Source of the DNA: Okamejei kenojei
Taxonomy: Eukaryota
Direction of reading: 5' to 3'
Length of the DNA stretch: 64,000 nt
NCBI GenBank assembly: GCA_035221665.1
Contig: CM069173.1
Location: 7,688,001-7,752,000 of the forward strand
Part shown: in pieces, positions 49,693-61,000 of the stretch
How positions within the stretch are numbered: the stretch's first letter is position 1
Layout of the letters: every line of letters begins with the position of its first letter
Notes under the pieces: generated by a model
What the model was told of the DNA's origin: nothing
Seen by the model: the letters and a program-made list of their open reading frames with translations, nothing else
Database searches by the model: none
Program-made: the position numbers and the translations under genes

Positions 49693-49990
49693 TTACACAG
49701 CGCGGAAAACAGGGCCCTTAAATCCAACAGAGTAGGCGCAGACCAGCCATCTCCGCATAATAATAATATCCTACACTCTAAGTACAATTTACAATTTTAC
49801 CAAGCGAAATTGGCCAACAAAATTGTACGTCTTTGGAATATGGGAACAAACAGGTTCACCCTGAGAAAAAAACTCGAAGGTCACAGGGGAGAACGTAAAC
49901 ATTCCATGAAGACTAGCACCCGTGTGAGAATCGACCCTGGGTCTCAGGCGCTGTATCGGAGCAAAATCTACCGCTGCGTCACCGTGCATC
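49693..49990 (-). mobile_element. tRNA-derived V-SINE (HE1-like)
   Basis: Minus-strand head GCACGGTGACGCAGCGGTAG (A box)...GGGTCGATTC (B box), central ACGTTCTCCCCTGTGACC-type domain and a CR1-like tail. Confidence 0.8.
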
Positions 49991-50641
49991 CCCCAATTCA
50001 TAACTTAAATCATTTTTTTTGTTTAATCCGCAGAACTGATCCGTGATACTTTTCGCGGGTCGTGTTCAATGCTAATCGGACAAACTGCAGATGCTGCTTT
50101 CTTTAAACACAACAAGCTGGATTAACTCAGCGGGACAGTCAGCATATCTCCAGAAAATAAAACTTGGCGATTTGGGTTGAGGCTCTTCCCGCTTGAGTTA
50201 CTGCAGCTTTTTGTGTCTATCTTCGATTTTTAACCAGTAAATCCAGTTCCTTCCTAGACAATGATAAGGGGGTAGTCAGAGTACATGCCTAATTTAAATT
50301 CCTCTCGAATATTTTCAGAATTTTCATCTCGACTTCGCCACAGTAGATGATGAAGATGCGATTATAATGCGTGCTGATATTTGGCTTCTGTCTGCTCGTG
50401 ATCGTCTCCAACATACGATTTCTTGCCCGGCGGGACGGACGGGAAGATACAGTGGCTTAACATTAATCTTCAGCGCAACCGCACTTGAAGATTTAATAGT
50501 GACTCGGGATTTCAGGAGCTCGAGCAATTCTGACATTTGTAATGCGAAGTGTGTTTAATGTCTTCAAATTAATACAGGCAGGCTATTGGAAGTGGTCCGT
50601 TATCCGTTTACTTTTTGACGGGCGGATCGGAATACAGCAAA

Positions 50642-51549
50642 ATAGTAAGATTTATACGAGAACTTACCGGTTCGATGTTTGATCTTTATTTTATGAGGAG
50701 TTACGATAAGTGATTACGTGAAGAACCCCGTCAGTCCGCATGGGCGTCAATCTTCGAAGACAGCGGTGTTGAATGAAATCACAGGTAACAGTAATTGAAG
50801 TACCATAGTAAGATTAGAAACCTAGACGCTACCAGATGACCTTTGTGATATGAGGGTTGGGAGCGGTGCGCACGTAATCGCTCATGTAACTCCTCATAAA
50901 ATATAGATCAAACTTCAAACTGGTAAGTTCGCGTTTAATCTATACTATTTTACTTCAGAGTCCACGTGAGTGATTCCGTGAAGAATTCAAAGCTTTGTGA
51001 TTACATCAATGCCATGGATACGAATCCAGGCGTCTCACTGCATTCAATTGACCCAGTAAAAGTGATTATAAACAATGCACTGAACCATAGCATTGATTTG
51101 AACATGTGAATGGAGTATTTAACAAAGAAAAAAGCAATACGACCCCCTCTCTCCAGGGGGAAGCTATGATCAGAGCTGAAAATAGAATTGTGCGAAAACC
51201 CCCGGTCCGGTAAGCGCTGTTTATAGAACCTTTGAAAAGTCAGTTCATTTGACCATCCTGCCAGCACTATATGATTCGAGAGGGAGGTCCATTGCCCTCG
51301 CGCTGACATTGATGCCGCCGGTGGGAGTGAGAATTTAAAATGTCAGGTGTCCACTCCTGCACAAACCGGAACATCTGTTTCAGCCATCTTGAAATGGTCC
51401 TGTACCAACACTTTCTTCTGCGGCTTTTTGTGGTAGTTAAATAATGCTGATTTTAAAGCCTCTGAGGTTCTTGATGACCTGATATAATGTTGCTAGTGCG
51501 AAATTATAACACACAATCATAAATCCCGTGGGAATACTATCTCTCTATG
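50642..51549 (-). mobile_element. DIRS 3' end (copy C, different subfamily)
   Basis: Right terminus 50642-50750, ICR ~50871-50985, and YR C-terminus (HIVLAGWSNELTFQRFY). Confidence 0.85.
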
Positions 51550-52049
51550 NNNNNNNNNNNNNNNNNNNNNNNNNNNNNNNNNNNNNNNNNNNNNNNNNNN
51601 NNNNNNNNNNNNNNNNNNNNNNNNNNNNNNNNNNNNNNNNNNNNNNNNNNNNNNNNNNNNNNNNNNNNNNNNNNNNNNNNNNNNNNNNNNNNNNNNNNNN
51701 NNNNNNNNNNNNNNNNNNNNNNNNNNNNNNNNNNNNNNNNNNNNNNNNNNNNNNNNNNNNNNNNNNNNNNNNNNNNNNNNNNNNNNNNNNNNNNNNNNNN
51801 NNNNNNNNNNNNNNNNNNNNNNNNNNNNNNNNNNNNNNNNNNNNNNNNNNNNNNNNNNNNNNNNNNNNNNNNNNNNNNNNNNNNNNNNNNNNNNNNNNNN
51901 NNNNNNNNNNNNNNNNNNNNNNNNNNNNNNNNNNNNNNNNNNNNNNNNNNNNNNNNNNNNNNNNNNNNNNNNNNNNNNNNNNNNNNNNNNNNNNNNNNNN
52001 NNNNNNNNNNNNNNNNNNNNNNNNNNNNNNNNNNNNNNNNNNNNNNNNN
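51550..52049. other. Assembly gap (500 N)
   Basis: Run of n. Confidence 1.
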
Positions 52050-52079
52050 AACCGGCGAAAAAAAATAAAAATAAAAAAG

Positions 52080-55000
52080 AAGGAAAAAGCATTAAGTACA
52101 TTTTCCCCATTGCAGCGACAATGCATCACTGCTGCTGATCAGGGATCTGGTTCACAGGCGACATACGTGTACCTAGGTTGATTCAGCTGGATGCAAATAG
52201 ATCGATATCTGGTGTGCCATATTGCTTTGTAATTTCAGCAAATATTTTTGGATTACCATTCCATCGATGTTATCCTTGAATCTGCGTGTCCCTGTTGTCT
52301 GCCACTGTATTTTGCATTAACTTGTAGGTAAGTTGCTGATAACAAATATGTCTTTTAACACACCTTGTCAGATTAGGGTTGGCCAAATTTGTCACATGAT
52401 ATCGACTTACACCTATCCCATGGGGTTGATATAAGCCACCACCGTGGTATTATCTAATTGCAAACCGGACTTGTGGCATGATGCGTATTAGATGAATATG
52501 CTTTTAACCCATTAAAACGCCCACCCTACATTTTAGTTGTGATACCCCGTGTCTGTAGGCAAGATTGATTCAAATTTAGTTCCATCTGCCCCCGGTTGCT
52601 GGTTTGCATGTTAGTTCTCCCCAGCCCAATGCACTGGCATCCGTTTGAATGGTTAATACTGGGTTGGTGATTATTATGGGACTGGTGCTGAGCCTTACGT
52701 TCCTTGCCCACCATTGTAAACTCTAGGTATGGATTCTGCAGTTATAACACATAGCTCGGTCAAAGTGACCTGAGTTTTGCTTTAGTGCTTGCTCTTTTGC
52801 TCTTTGCAAAATTTTTGATAGTGCAAAGGCCCAAATTGTACAGCTGCAAAGCTGCTACCATTTTGCCAATTAACTCTGCTACCTCCCGTATGGTTGGCTG
52901 GATGTTTATCATGTGTTTGTTGCATGATTGTGCCAATTCTGATGCTTTCCCTTCGGCAGAGTTACAATCATGCGAACAGTATCAATCGTAAATCCATAGA
53001 TTGTCCATGGCAGGGGACGTGTAAATGGATTTATATGGATGTATGAACAACCCCAAAGTTTCAAACAGAGTTTGGTGGCTGCTACTGCCAAAAATGGCTG
53101 TCTCCAAGGTTTTCCTTACTATTAAAAATGTCGTCTAAATAAGGCCTGACTATATGCTTTTGTTTCTCAATAATGCCACAGGCAGGTTTTATGATTTTAG
53201 TGAACATCCTCTGGTGAGCGGACGTTAGCCCTTAGGTGTGAGGCTTTAAATTCCATAGCTGTTTCATCCAGATAAATTTTAGGTATTTACGATGTCCTTG
53301 TGTAGGGGTACGGGTAGTAGGCATCTTTTTTAAATCATTTGCTTGCTTGAAAGTACCCTCTAGAAAACCAATAGTCTGGTGTTTCAAAAGTATCCAATCT
53401 TGAAATTGTATTCCTGACAGGACTTGTTTTAAAGTTGTTAGTAATGATGATACGACGTCCACATTCTTTTTTGATTTTAGTGTGAAAATATTAGGACACC
53501 AATTCCATTAGGTTAATGTTTTGTTCTTTCAATGACTCGTTTGTTGTAACTCATCAGTTCAGCTTGACCCTCTTGTTTCTCTTTGATGTGGGGTGGAATT
53601 CCCTTTTGGGTTTATGCTGAACTGGCGGATTGTTTTCATGAAGAAAGTAAGTAGTAGCCATGAAACGCCGATGGAATTTACTTGTTCATTAGTGATGGAT
53701 CCCATGCATCCATATACAAGTGCAATCTCCCCTTGTTAGTATAAAGCCCTATTCTAATATGCTGAGAGGAACCAGACCCACCTACCTCCAGGTAATTGGT
53801 GCTTTCTTCTGCCTCTTCGCTGGGCGTTGAGGCGTCTGCTGGGCTGTAGAGGGTTTGATATTGATGTTGTTGTTGTTGGGGGGTGGGCGCATTTTCCTTG
53901 GGGGTTCGCTCTGGGCCAGGGCCTATAAAAGGCTTACAGGGTGGTTGCGGAACCCGAGCTTTCTCCTGTCCCATAGTGTGGTCGACGACTGGGTACGCAT
54001 GGGGTACTGCCGCCCTGGGTTTGTTAGGTCTGCTCGGTCCCATATCATGCCCTCACGGACCAAAGGTTCTAGGATTCTTCCTCTAGGTCTTTCACCTTTT
54101 TGGCAGTGTCTTTCCCAAGAGCAGAATAGGGGGTTTGAACCCGGTGTTTTGCAAAGTCCGCAAATTTAGGGTGAGGGTAGGCTTGATAATTTCTTCCGGT
54201 AAATTGTTTATTTATATTGAGTGCGTGCCTAGCAGTGCTAATGGTGTCTTTGCTGATTTGTGGAGATGTCGCACCATCAAAGGACCGAGCATTATATGTT
54301 ATCCTGCAGTCGGGAGTTTAAGGATTTTCTGGATCTTCAACTCCAGGTTCTGATGTCTGCCCACCAAATGTCCCCCATTTTTGGCTGTTTACAGCGGGTT
54401 ACATTCATGTTGTCAATTTACTGGGGCTTGTATATGTTAAGAGCTCATGACCACCTGTTCTTGTACGTGGGTTTTGAAGACAGGTGGTTAATGTGGCCTG
54501 CAAAGTTTCGGCTCTAATGGCCCGACTGCTTGTGGGTAATGGCCTCGTTGCGGTGTTGACCACACCCAGCACTCTTCTGATCCTGTACACCCTGCGTTCT
54601 CCCGATATTTCAGCCAGTGAACTTTTCTTGACCAGCCCAGACCTGTCTATAATGCTGCCTTCAATAAGAGAGTGAATGCATTTGGCCAGTGCCGTAAAAG
54701 GGCACTGCGGGAGTGCCTGAACTCCCTTGGCGAGTCTGTGCGGCTCTCTCTGCTAGATCTCGTGGAGCATTGTCCCTTAAGCCGTTACAAGCGGTCTTAG
54801 GCGGCAGCTGTTGTCGCGCTCGAGCGTGTGGCATCTTTCACCCGAAATCGTCGGTACCTACCGCCCGGTTCTGGCTGCAGGTACCTCCAGACCGCTGGCT
54901 CGGCAGCACGAGCGGTGTGGGTCGGCTCGGTAGGTTATTTACCCGCCGCCTCTTGCCCCCCATCCAAAGAGCTTTCCTCAACGGAGACCGAACGGGGGCG

Positions 55001-58000
55001 AGCTGCAGACTTCTTTCCTATGGTCTTGCTCACTCTTTCTGAAAAATAATGCAGACTCAGAGGAAAAAGGACCACACGGGCCACGGTAAAACGTACCTGT
55101 CGGCCGACTTTTTCAATTGTAGCGGGAGCGCTTGAACCTCCCGTTTCGTCGCGGGCAGTGCACTGCATGAACGCTATGTCGCGCATGCGTGCTGGACGGG
55201 TCTCACGTAGTCTCTCACGTGAACTCCGAAGTAAAATTCCCAGCGTCGTTTATCCTTGGCTGTGCTGTGATTGCGGTTGGTTACGTACGTTGACAGATAA
55301 TTGTTGATGATTTCATGGACCCTGTTCCTGGAAAGATTTTGTGGTCTGGCAATATATTTTCAATGTTAGAATTTTGGGTGCTGTACCTTTTTTAGGAAAT
55401 AAAAAGTTATTTCTGAACGGTGTAGTCGGCCGTCTTGGCTAAATGGATCGGGCATAGTTGGAGTGGGGTTAATGGCATACATGGACAGTAATAGATGCAT
55501 TTCGGTGTTGCGCACACTGGTTGCCACGTGGGCGATGGGGGCGTTTAATGTTTAGCGTTAAATCGTTTGGTGTTGGAACACCATCTCGCGTCAGGAATGC
55601 TACCATGCTCTGAGCGTTGTTGGACATGTGGCCATTCAGGAAGTGAAAAAATATTAAGTCCACGAGATTAGGTGTGCCTGTTGATGGTTGAAATTCCTTT
55701 GGAAAACGTTGAACGTCTCTTTGCCCAACCCATCGCATTGAATTTGCAGAACATTATTGCTCGAAGGTGCGGGGATTATTCTGCATTAAGGCGCACAAAG
55801 TGGCTATGACAGTGTGGAAACTGGGGTGGATTGAGTACTGTGCATATGCCGAAGTAATGTGTTCTGTCTAGGAACAACCTTTTTTGCAGTTTCTGCATTC
55901 AAAGCGGTTACCGCCATCAACACCCACCATTTTTGCAGTTGCAGCATTTTCAAAGCGGTTACCGCCCTTCAACAACCGACCATTTTGTAGTGCTGCATTT
56001 TCAAAGCCGTTACCACCACAGACAACTACTATATTTTTTGCAGGCAGCAGTTTCAAATCGGTTACCAATCAAACAACCGCCCATTTTATTCAGTTGCAGA
56101 ATTTCACAAAGCGGTTACAGCCACAACAAAAACACCAAACAACTTTGGGGTTTTTTTAAATATACATTTTTACATGCCAGTGTACTCAAAAGTATAAACA
56201 GCGGATTAGACATTTTATAATTTATTGCACAGCTCCAATTTTAATTTTATAGTACAGATGAGAAGAGGAAAGGAGATTAAAATAGCAAGAGTGAGTTGAT
56301 TGTGCGCCATATTTCACGATTAATTTCGATTTAAAATCGGAGGAACAGCTGCTGGGACTAAAGCGATGCTATTTTCACTGTTTTGTCACTGCTACTGCAT
56401 ATTACGACGGGCTTCAGTTAGACCCTGGACTAGCCTAATCAGGTGTATGGTTGATCTTTGTCTGTTACATCAAAACAGGAACCTGGCTTGTCTTTATGCT
56501 GGGGTATGGAATAAAAAGGTTGAACATAGGGCAATTACTGTAACGGTGTCGGCATCTGCCGTTTAGATGACAGAATCATTTTGGTGTCATGTAATTAAGA
56601 GCAATGGGGATCACTTTTTTTTTTAATAGCGCTCAGGCCTTAGACAAAAACGCCATTCATTAATGTTCCCAATTTTGGGATTGGGGGAGGAGGATACACC
56701 GGACTTTGCATTTTCGCTATTACTCCTTGTTGTAATAATGTCACATAACGATAGGCTATACCTTCTTCAGCCTCCGGGGCAGGTCGATAGTGTTTTGAAC
56801 AAGGCAGTTAGTACCCTTTTTTCCACGTCACTTGATGTTCAGGGGCTGATTGCTTCTAATACCACATGATGCTTATAGTTCTGAGGGGACTTGGACCAAA
56901 GCTATTGGTAGCCTTGGCGGATCCTCTGTCGGCAGCTGCTGTCCTTTCAAAAATAGTTTCCCATTAGTTCTGACCCATGTCATCTTTCCTTCTGTGTCAT
57001 TGCAACTTTTAAACATGAATGTCTCTTTGTCCTCAGATTTTTATCATTTCTCCTTTTTAATTTCGTCTGTTGACTGGTCGTCTAGTAGTTACAGTGAAGT
57101 GTGACTCAGAGGGTGCCTCTTTTTAATACATCGATCACTTTCGTTTTGGGGGAGATGACACCAATCATTTTTTTACGGGACCCAAAAAAACAAAATAAGG
57201 TGCCGCTGTGAATTTTTCGTGTCTCAACCAGGGGGAGACCCTTTCTGGTATTCCGGGGGATTATCAGGGTGGGCACGTATATAAATCAGTGCAATGCGTT
57301 CGCTTATCTTCTTGGCTGGGGTCAGCAGGTTACTGTAAACACGTTGCCATTTGAATCCTGCATCGTTTGCAGGCCACAATGGATTGATTTAACAATTTAT
57401 GTTACGGGATGGCTATTAATTGCCAACAAATATAATGGGCATATTATGCCCTTGTTCATCACCTTATTTAAATTTAACAAATTGTTGTGTCTGCATTAGA
57501 GGGTTTGTCCCATAAACATACCTCTGCAGTACAGTGTAAGGGACTGCTCCCAGCTTGCAAAGGGCGCGTTTGTCTTTCAGTATCGGGAGTAGGGCCGTTC
57601 TCTTGATTACCCCCCCCCCCTAAAAGTATCAGTAAGGGGCTAGACATCATCCCTGTTGGACGCGTTTCCCTTGCTGACAGCTCGTGGGGAACATCTGCAC
57701 TCTCGAATCCATTGCTCTATCTTTCCACCTCTCCAAACTTGTACTTCGTGTGTTCTTTTGTAATTGCCATTGCCCCTTCTCTGTCATGTTTACAAGCGCG
57801 GTATCATCATTCTCACACGACTAATTTTGCCATTCTAGATTGACCATATTCAAAAACCGTGAACCGTCGGGGCAGCAAACAATTTAGTAAAAGTTGCTGA
57901 ACATCTAGAGTCCCATTTTAAGCTAGGGTTCCTCACACTTACTCTTTTTTTTATCGAGTTATAAACTTGGGATCGTGTCCATCTTTGTGTTGCTAGTATG

Positions 58001-61000
58001 GATCGCACCACGTCCCCTATATTCACTATGTTTTCTCGCTCCCCCCCTTTATTGCATCTTTATCTGTGGGCCAAACCAGTGAATGAGGAACTCATTTCCC
58101 GTGAGCCCGTATGCTGCTCCATGATAATTATTAATTGTGCTCCCATCTCGCCAAGCTTTTTTTAAAAGAGATGAGTTGGACAGAGAATAGCTTATAATCT
58201 TATCCTAAATCGTGCACATTTCTATGTGTTGATCAGCTTAAGTTACCAAAATGATTTACTTGGATATTGGCGATCTCGAACTGTTTTTATTTCACATTTT
58301 CTGCCGATCCTAGTTGAACTAATGGGGTCTCCTACATTTTCCCGGTGGTCTTTTGTCTTTTTTTTTAATCACCTGTGCGGTGTTCCTTCTTATCTGCGTC
58401 TTTCCCTCAGAACCCTGTTTCTTTTCCTCATGCCTCCTTATATCAGTGGGATCCAGGATTTCTTCGATCGACTTCTGTTAGCCTGCCATTTTCTTCTCTC
58501 AAGTCTGTAAAACAAAAGTTAGATTTTCGCGGCTAATGTCTTTTAATTCACAGCAAAAAGTACTCGAGTCAGTGCAGGGGAGGTTCTACTGTAGTTGTAC
58601 AGGGTCTTGGTGAGGCCACACCTGGTGTTTGCGTACAGTTTTGGTCTCTAATTTGGGAAATAAATTTCTTGCAATTGAGGGGTCAGAGTACAGAGAAGGT
58701 TCACCAGTGATTCATGGGATGGCAGGGTATTTCCATATGATGAAAGACGGGATTAGACTTCGGCTTGTACTCGCTGGAATTTAGAGATTGAGGGGGGATT
58801 CTTTGACACTTACAAATGGCCAGATGAGGAAAATGTTCACGTGTTGGGGAAGTCCAGGAAGGGATCACAGTTTATGGATAAGGGGGAAGCCTTTAGGCTG
58901 TGATGAGAAAAATCCATCTTTCACGAGAGGAGTGGTGTATCTGTGAATTATCTGGCACAGAGGTGAGTTGAGGCCATTTCGTTAGTATTTTTAGAGGGAG
59001 TTAGATGCGGCCCTTTGTGGCTTAATGGCATCAGGAGGTTGAGAGAGGCAGGTAAGGATATGAGTTGGATGATAGCCCTGATTATTTATTGAATGCGGTC
59101 AGGTCGAAAGAAGCGTAATGCCTGCTCTGCACCTATTTTCTATGTTTCTAATAATATTTCTTTTCGCTGTTTGCGTGCACGGGTTTTTACTCCGTCGCCA
59201 AAATCTCGAAGTCGCCTTTCAATTTTAAGAGCTTCTTTACGGCTTGCTTAATTTCATCCACTTTCGCCAGACGGAATAAATTATTGTCCCACATCCTCCT
59301 TAACCCTAATAGGATCTTGGCTCCGCGTGTGTCAAGCGGCCAGTAAGCTAGATTGCCCAGCGGCCCTACCTTCTCTAGGTAGCCCTCCGTCATTCTTATC
59401 AGATAGGACATTATGATATTCCCTTTTATTTCCCCCAATATTCGTGCGAACCCGTTACATATTGGGACCTGTCGACTGCGCCAAATTCCGTAGAAGAATT
59501 AATTTAGGGGGGAAATTAAAGAAAAAAACAAAAAGATCCCACATCGCATATTTGCTTCATGAGAATTTATTGCTTGATTTATCATGCAGCGATAGTGCTG
59601 TATACTTTCACCAGTTTTCTGACTTCAAAGCAGAATTAGGCCAACAGTTATACTGTTGTATGTAATAACTTTTGTTTATATAATGGATAGGTATATGGAC
59701 GTGAAGGGAATGGGGGGTTTGGTCGAATGAAGGTAGGGTGGGGACTGGGGAGGGGAAAACCAAATGGTCGCACGGTCTGGAAGGGCCAGAGAGGGCCTGT
59801 TTCCGGTGCTGTATTTGTTAGATGGTTACTTTTATTAATATCATATTCTACTAAAACATATATCACCACATGGGTACCAATTATTTAATTAGCCATTCCA
59901 TACTGTTGCGCTTCTGTATTCTGGTTAAACAACAAATGGTTAAATATAAATCGATACGCAATACAAGGGCATCTTGACATTTTTCTATCTCATCATTTTC
60001 AAAGACCCACGTCACCATCCCCTTTTCGCGCCAATCATAAGGGGCCCATTTACTGCAATGTGTTAACGTTTCTAGCGGTAGGGGCGCGGGGGATCCACTG
60101 TAACCTTCTCAGAAATGTAAAACCACTTAGTTTTCATCCTCCCATTTCTTGTTTGGCATTTACCATTCCACAATTCGTCACATTAACAGTCTGAAGTCTA
60201 GTACGGTCTAGTCTTACTTTGCAATTCCCTGTACTTCTTCCTGCATCTGGTCAGGCGAGAGAATGCCATATGTCTAAATCCAAATTGTCTTTCCTTCTTG
60301 TTCTATTTCATTCAAATAAGAAGGTATTATTTTTTGCTTCCACACCCATGAATGTCAAATCTGGCATTAAAGCCGCTGAAAGATCACCAATGTTTGTACC
60401 GGAAATGCATTAGTTATCAGCTTCAATTTGATAGAGGCCTACTCGAGACATTCTCCATTCCTTCTCTGCAGGTAACTAACAACCAACAAGTCGCCTACTG
60501 GGGAACCGGACAAGTGATGCAATTCAGCTTGATGAAGCAACTCTTTTGTGCTCCATGCTTTCCGTGGATGCCTACGATAATAGCGCTGAATGATGATTAC
60601 GATGCATCCTCTCAAAACTAATTATGGATTTTAAACAATGTTTTCTGGCACCCGACTTTAGTTACTCCGCCCTTCGCCTCGCGCACAGCTGCTGCGTTTG
60701 TAATGACTTCAATGGAGGTGGGTCAATAGAAAAGCGATTCTGGATCTCTGCATACCACACAGGCGAACTTATTAATTTTGTCGGCCCTCTCTTGGATACA
60801 CGCTTGGTTACATTCTGCTTTCATTAAAAATATAATTGGTTTTAGCGTTTGCATACTTGTATGTGACGTTGATCCCACTATATTTGGCTGCTTCTGTTGG
60901 ATAGTTAATTATTTATTGAAATCGATGTCTACTGTTAGCTGCATTGAGGCATTTTGTTTCCTGCGAGAAGCATATTTAAAATGGAAACGCCAATTAAATT

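Noticed and set aside
49920-49990. tRNA gene
   Set aside because: The A/B boxes belong to a SINE head; no complete cloverleaf is evident.
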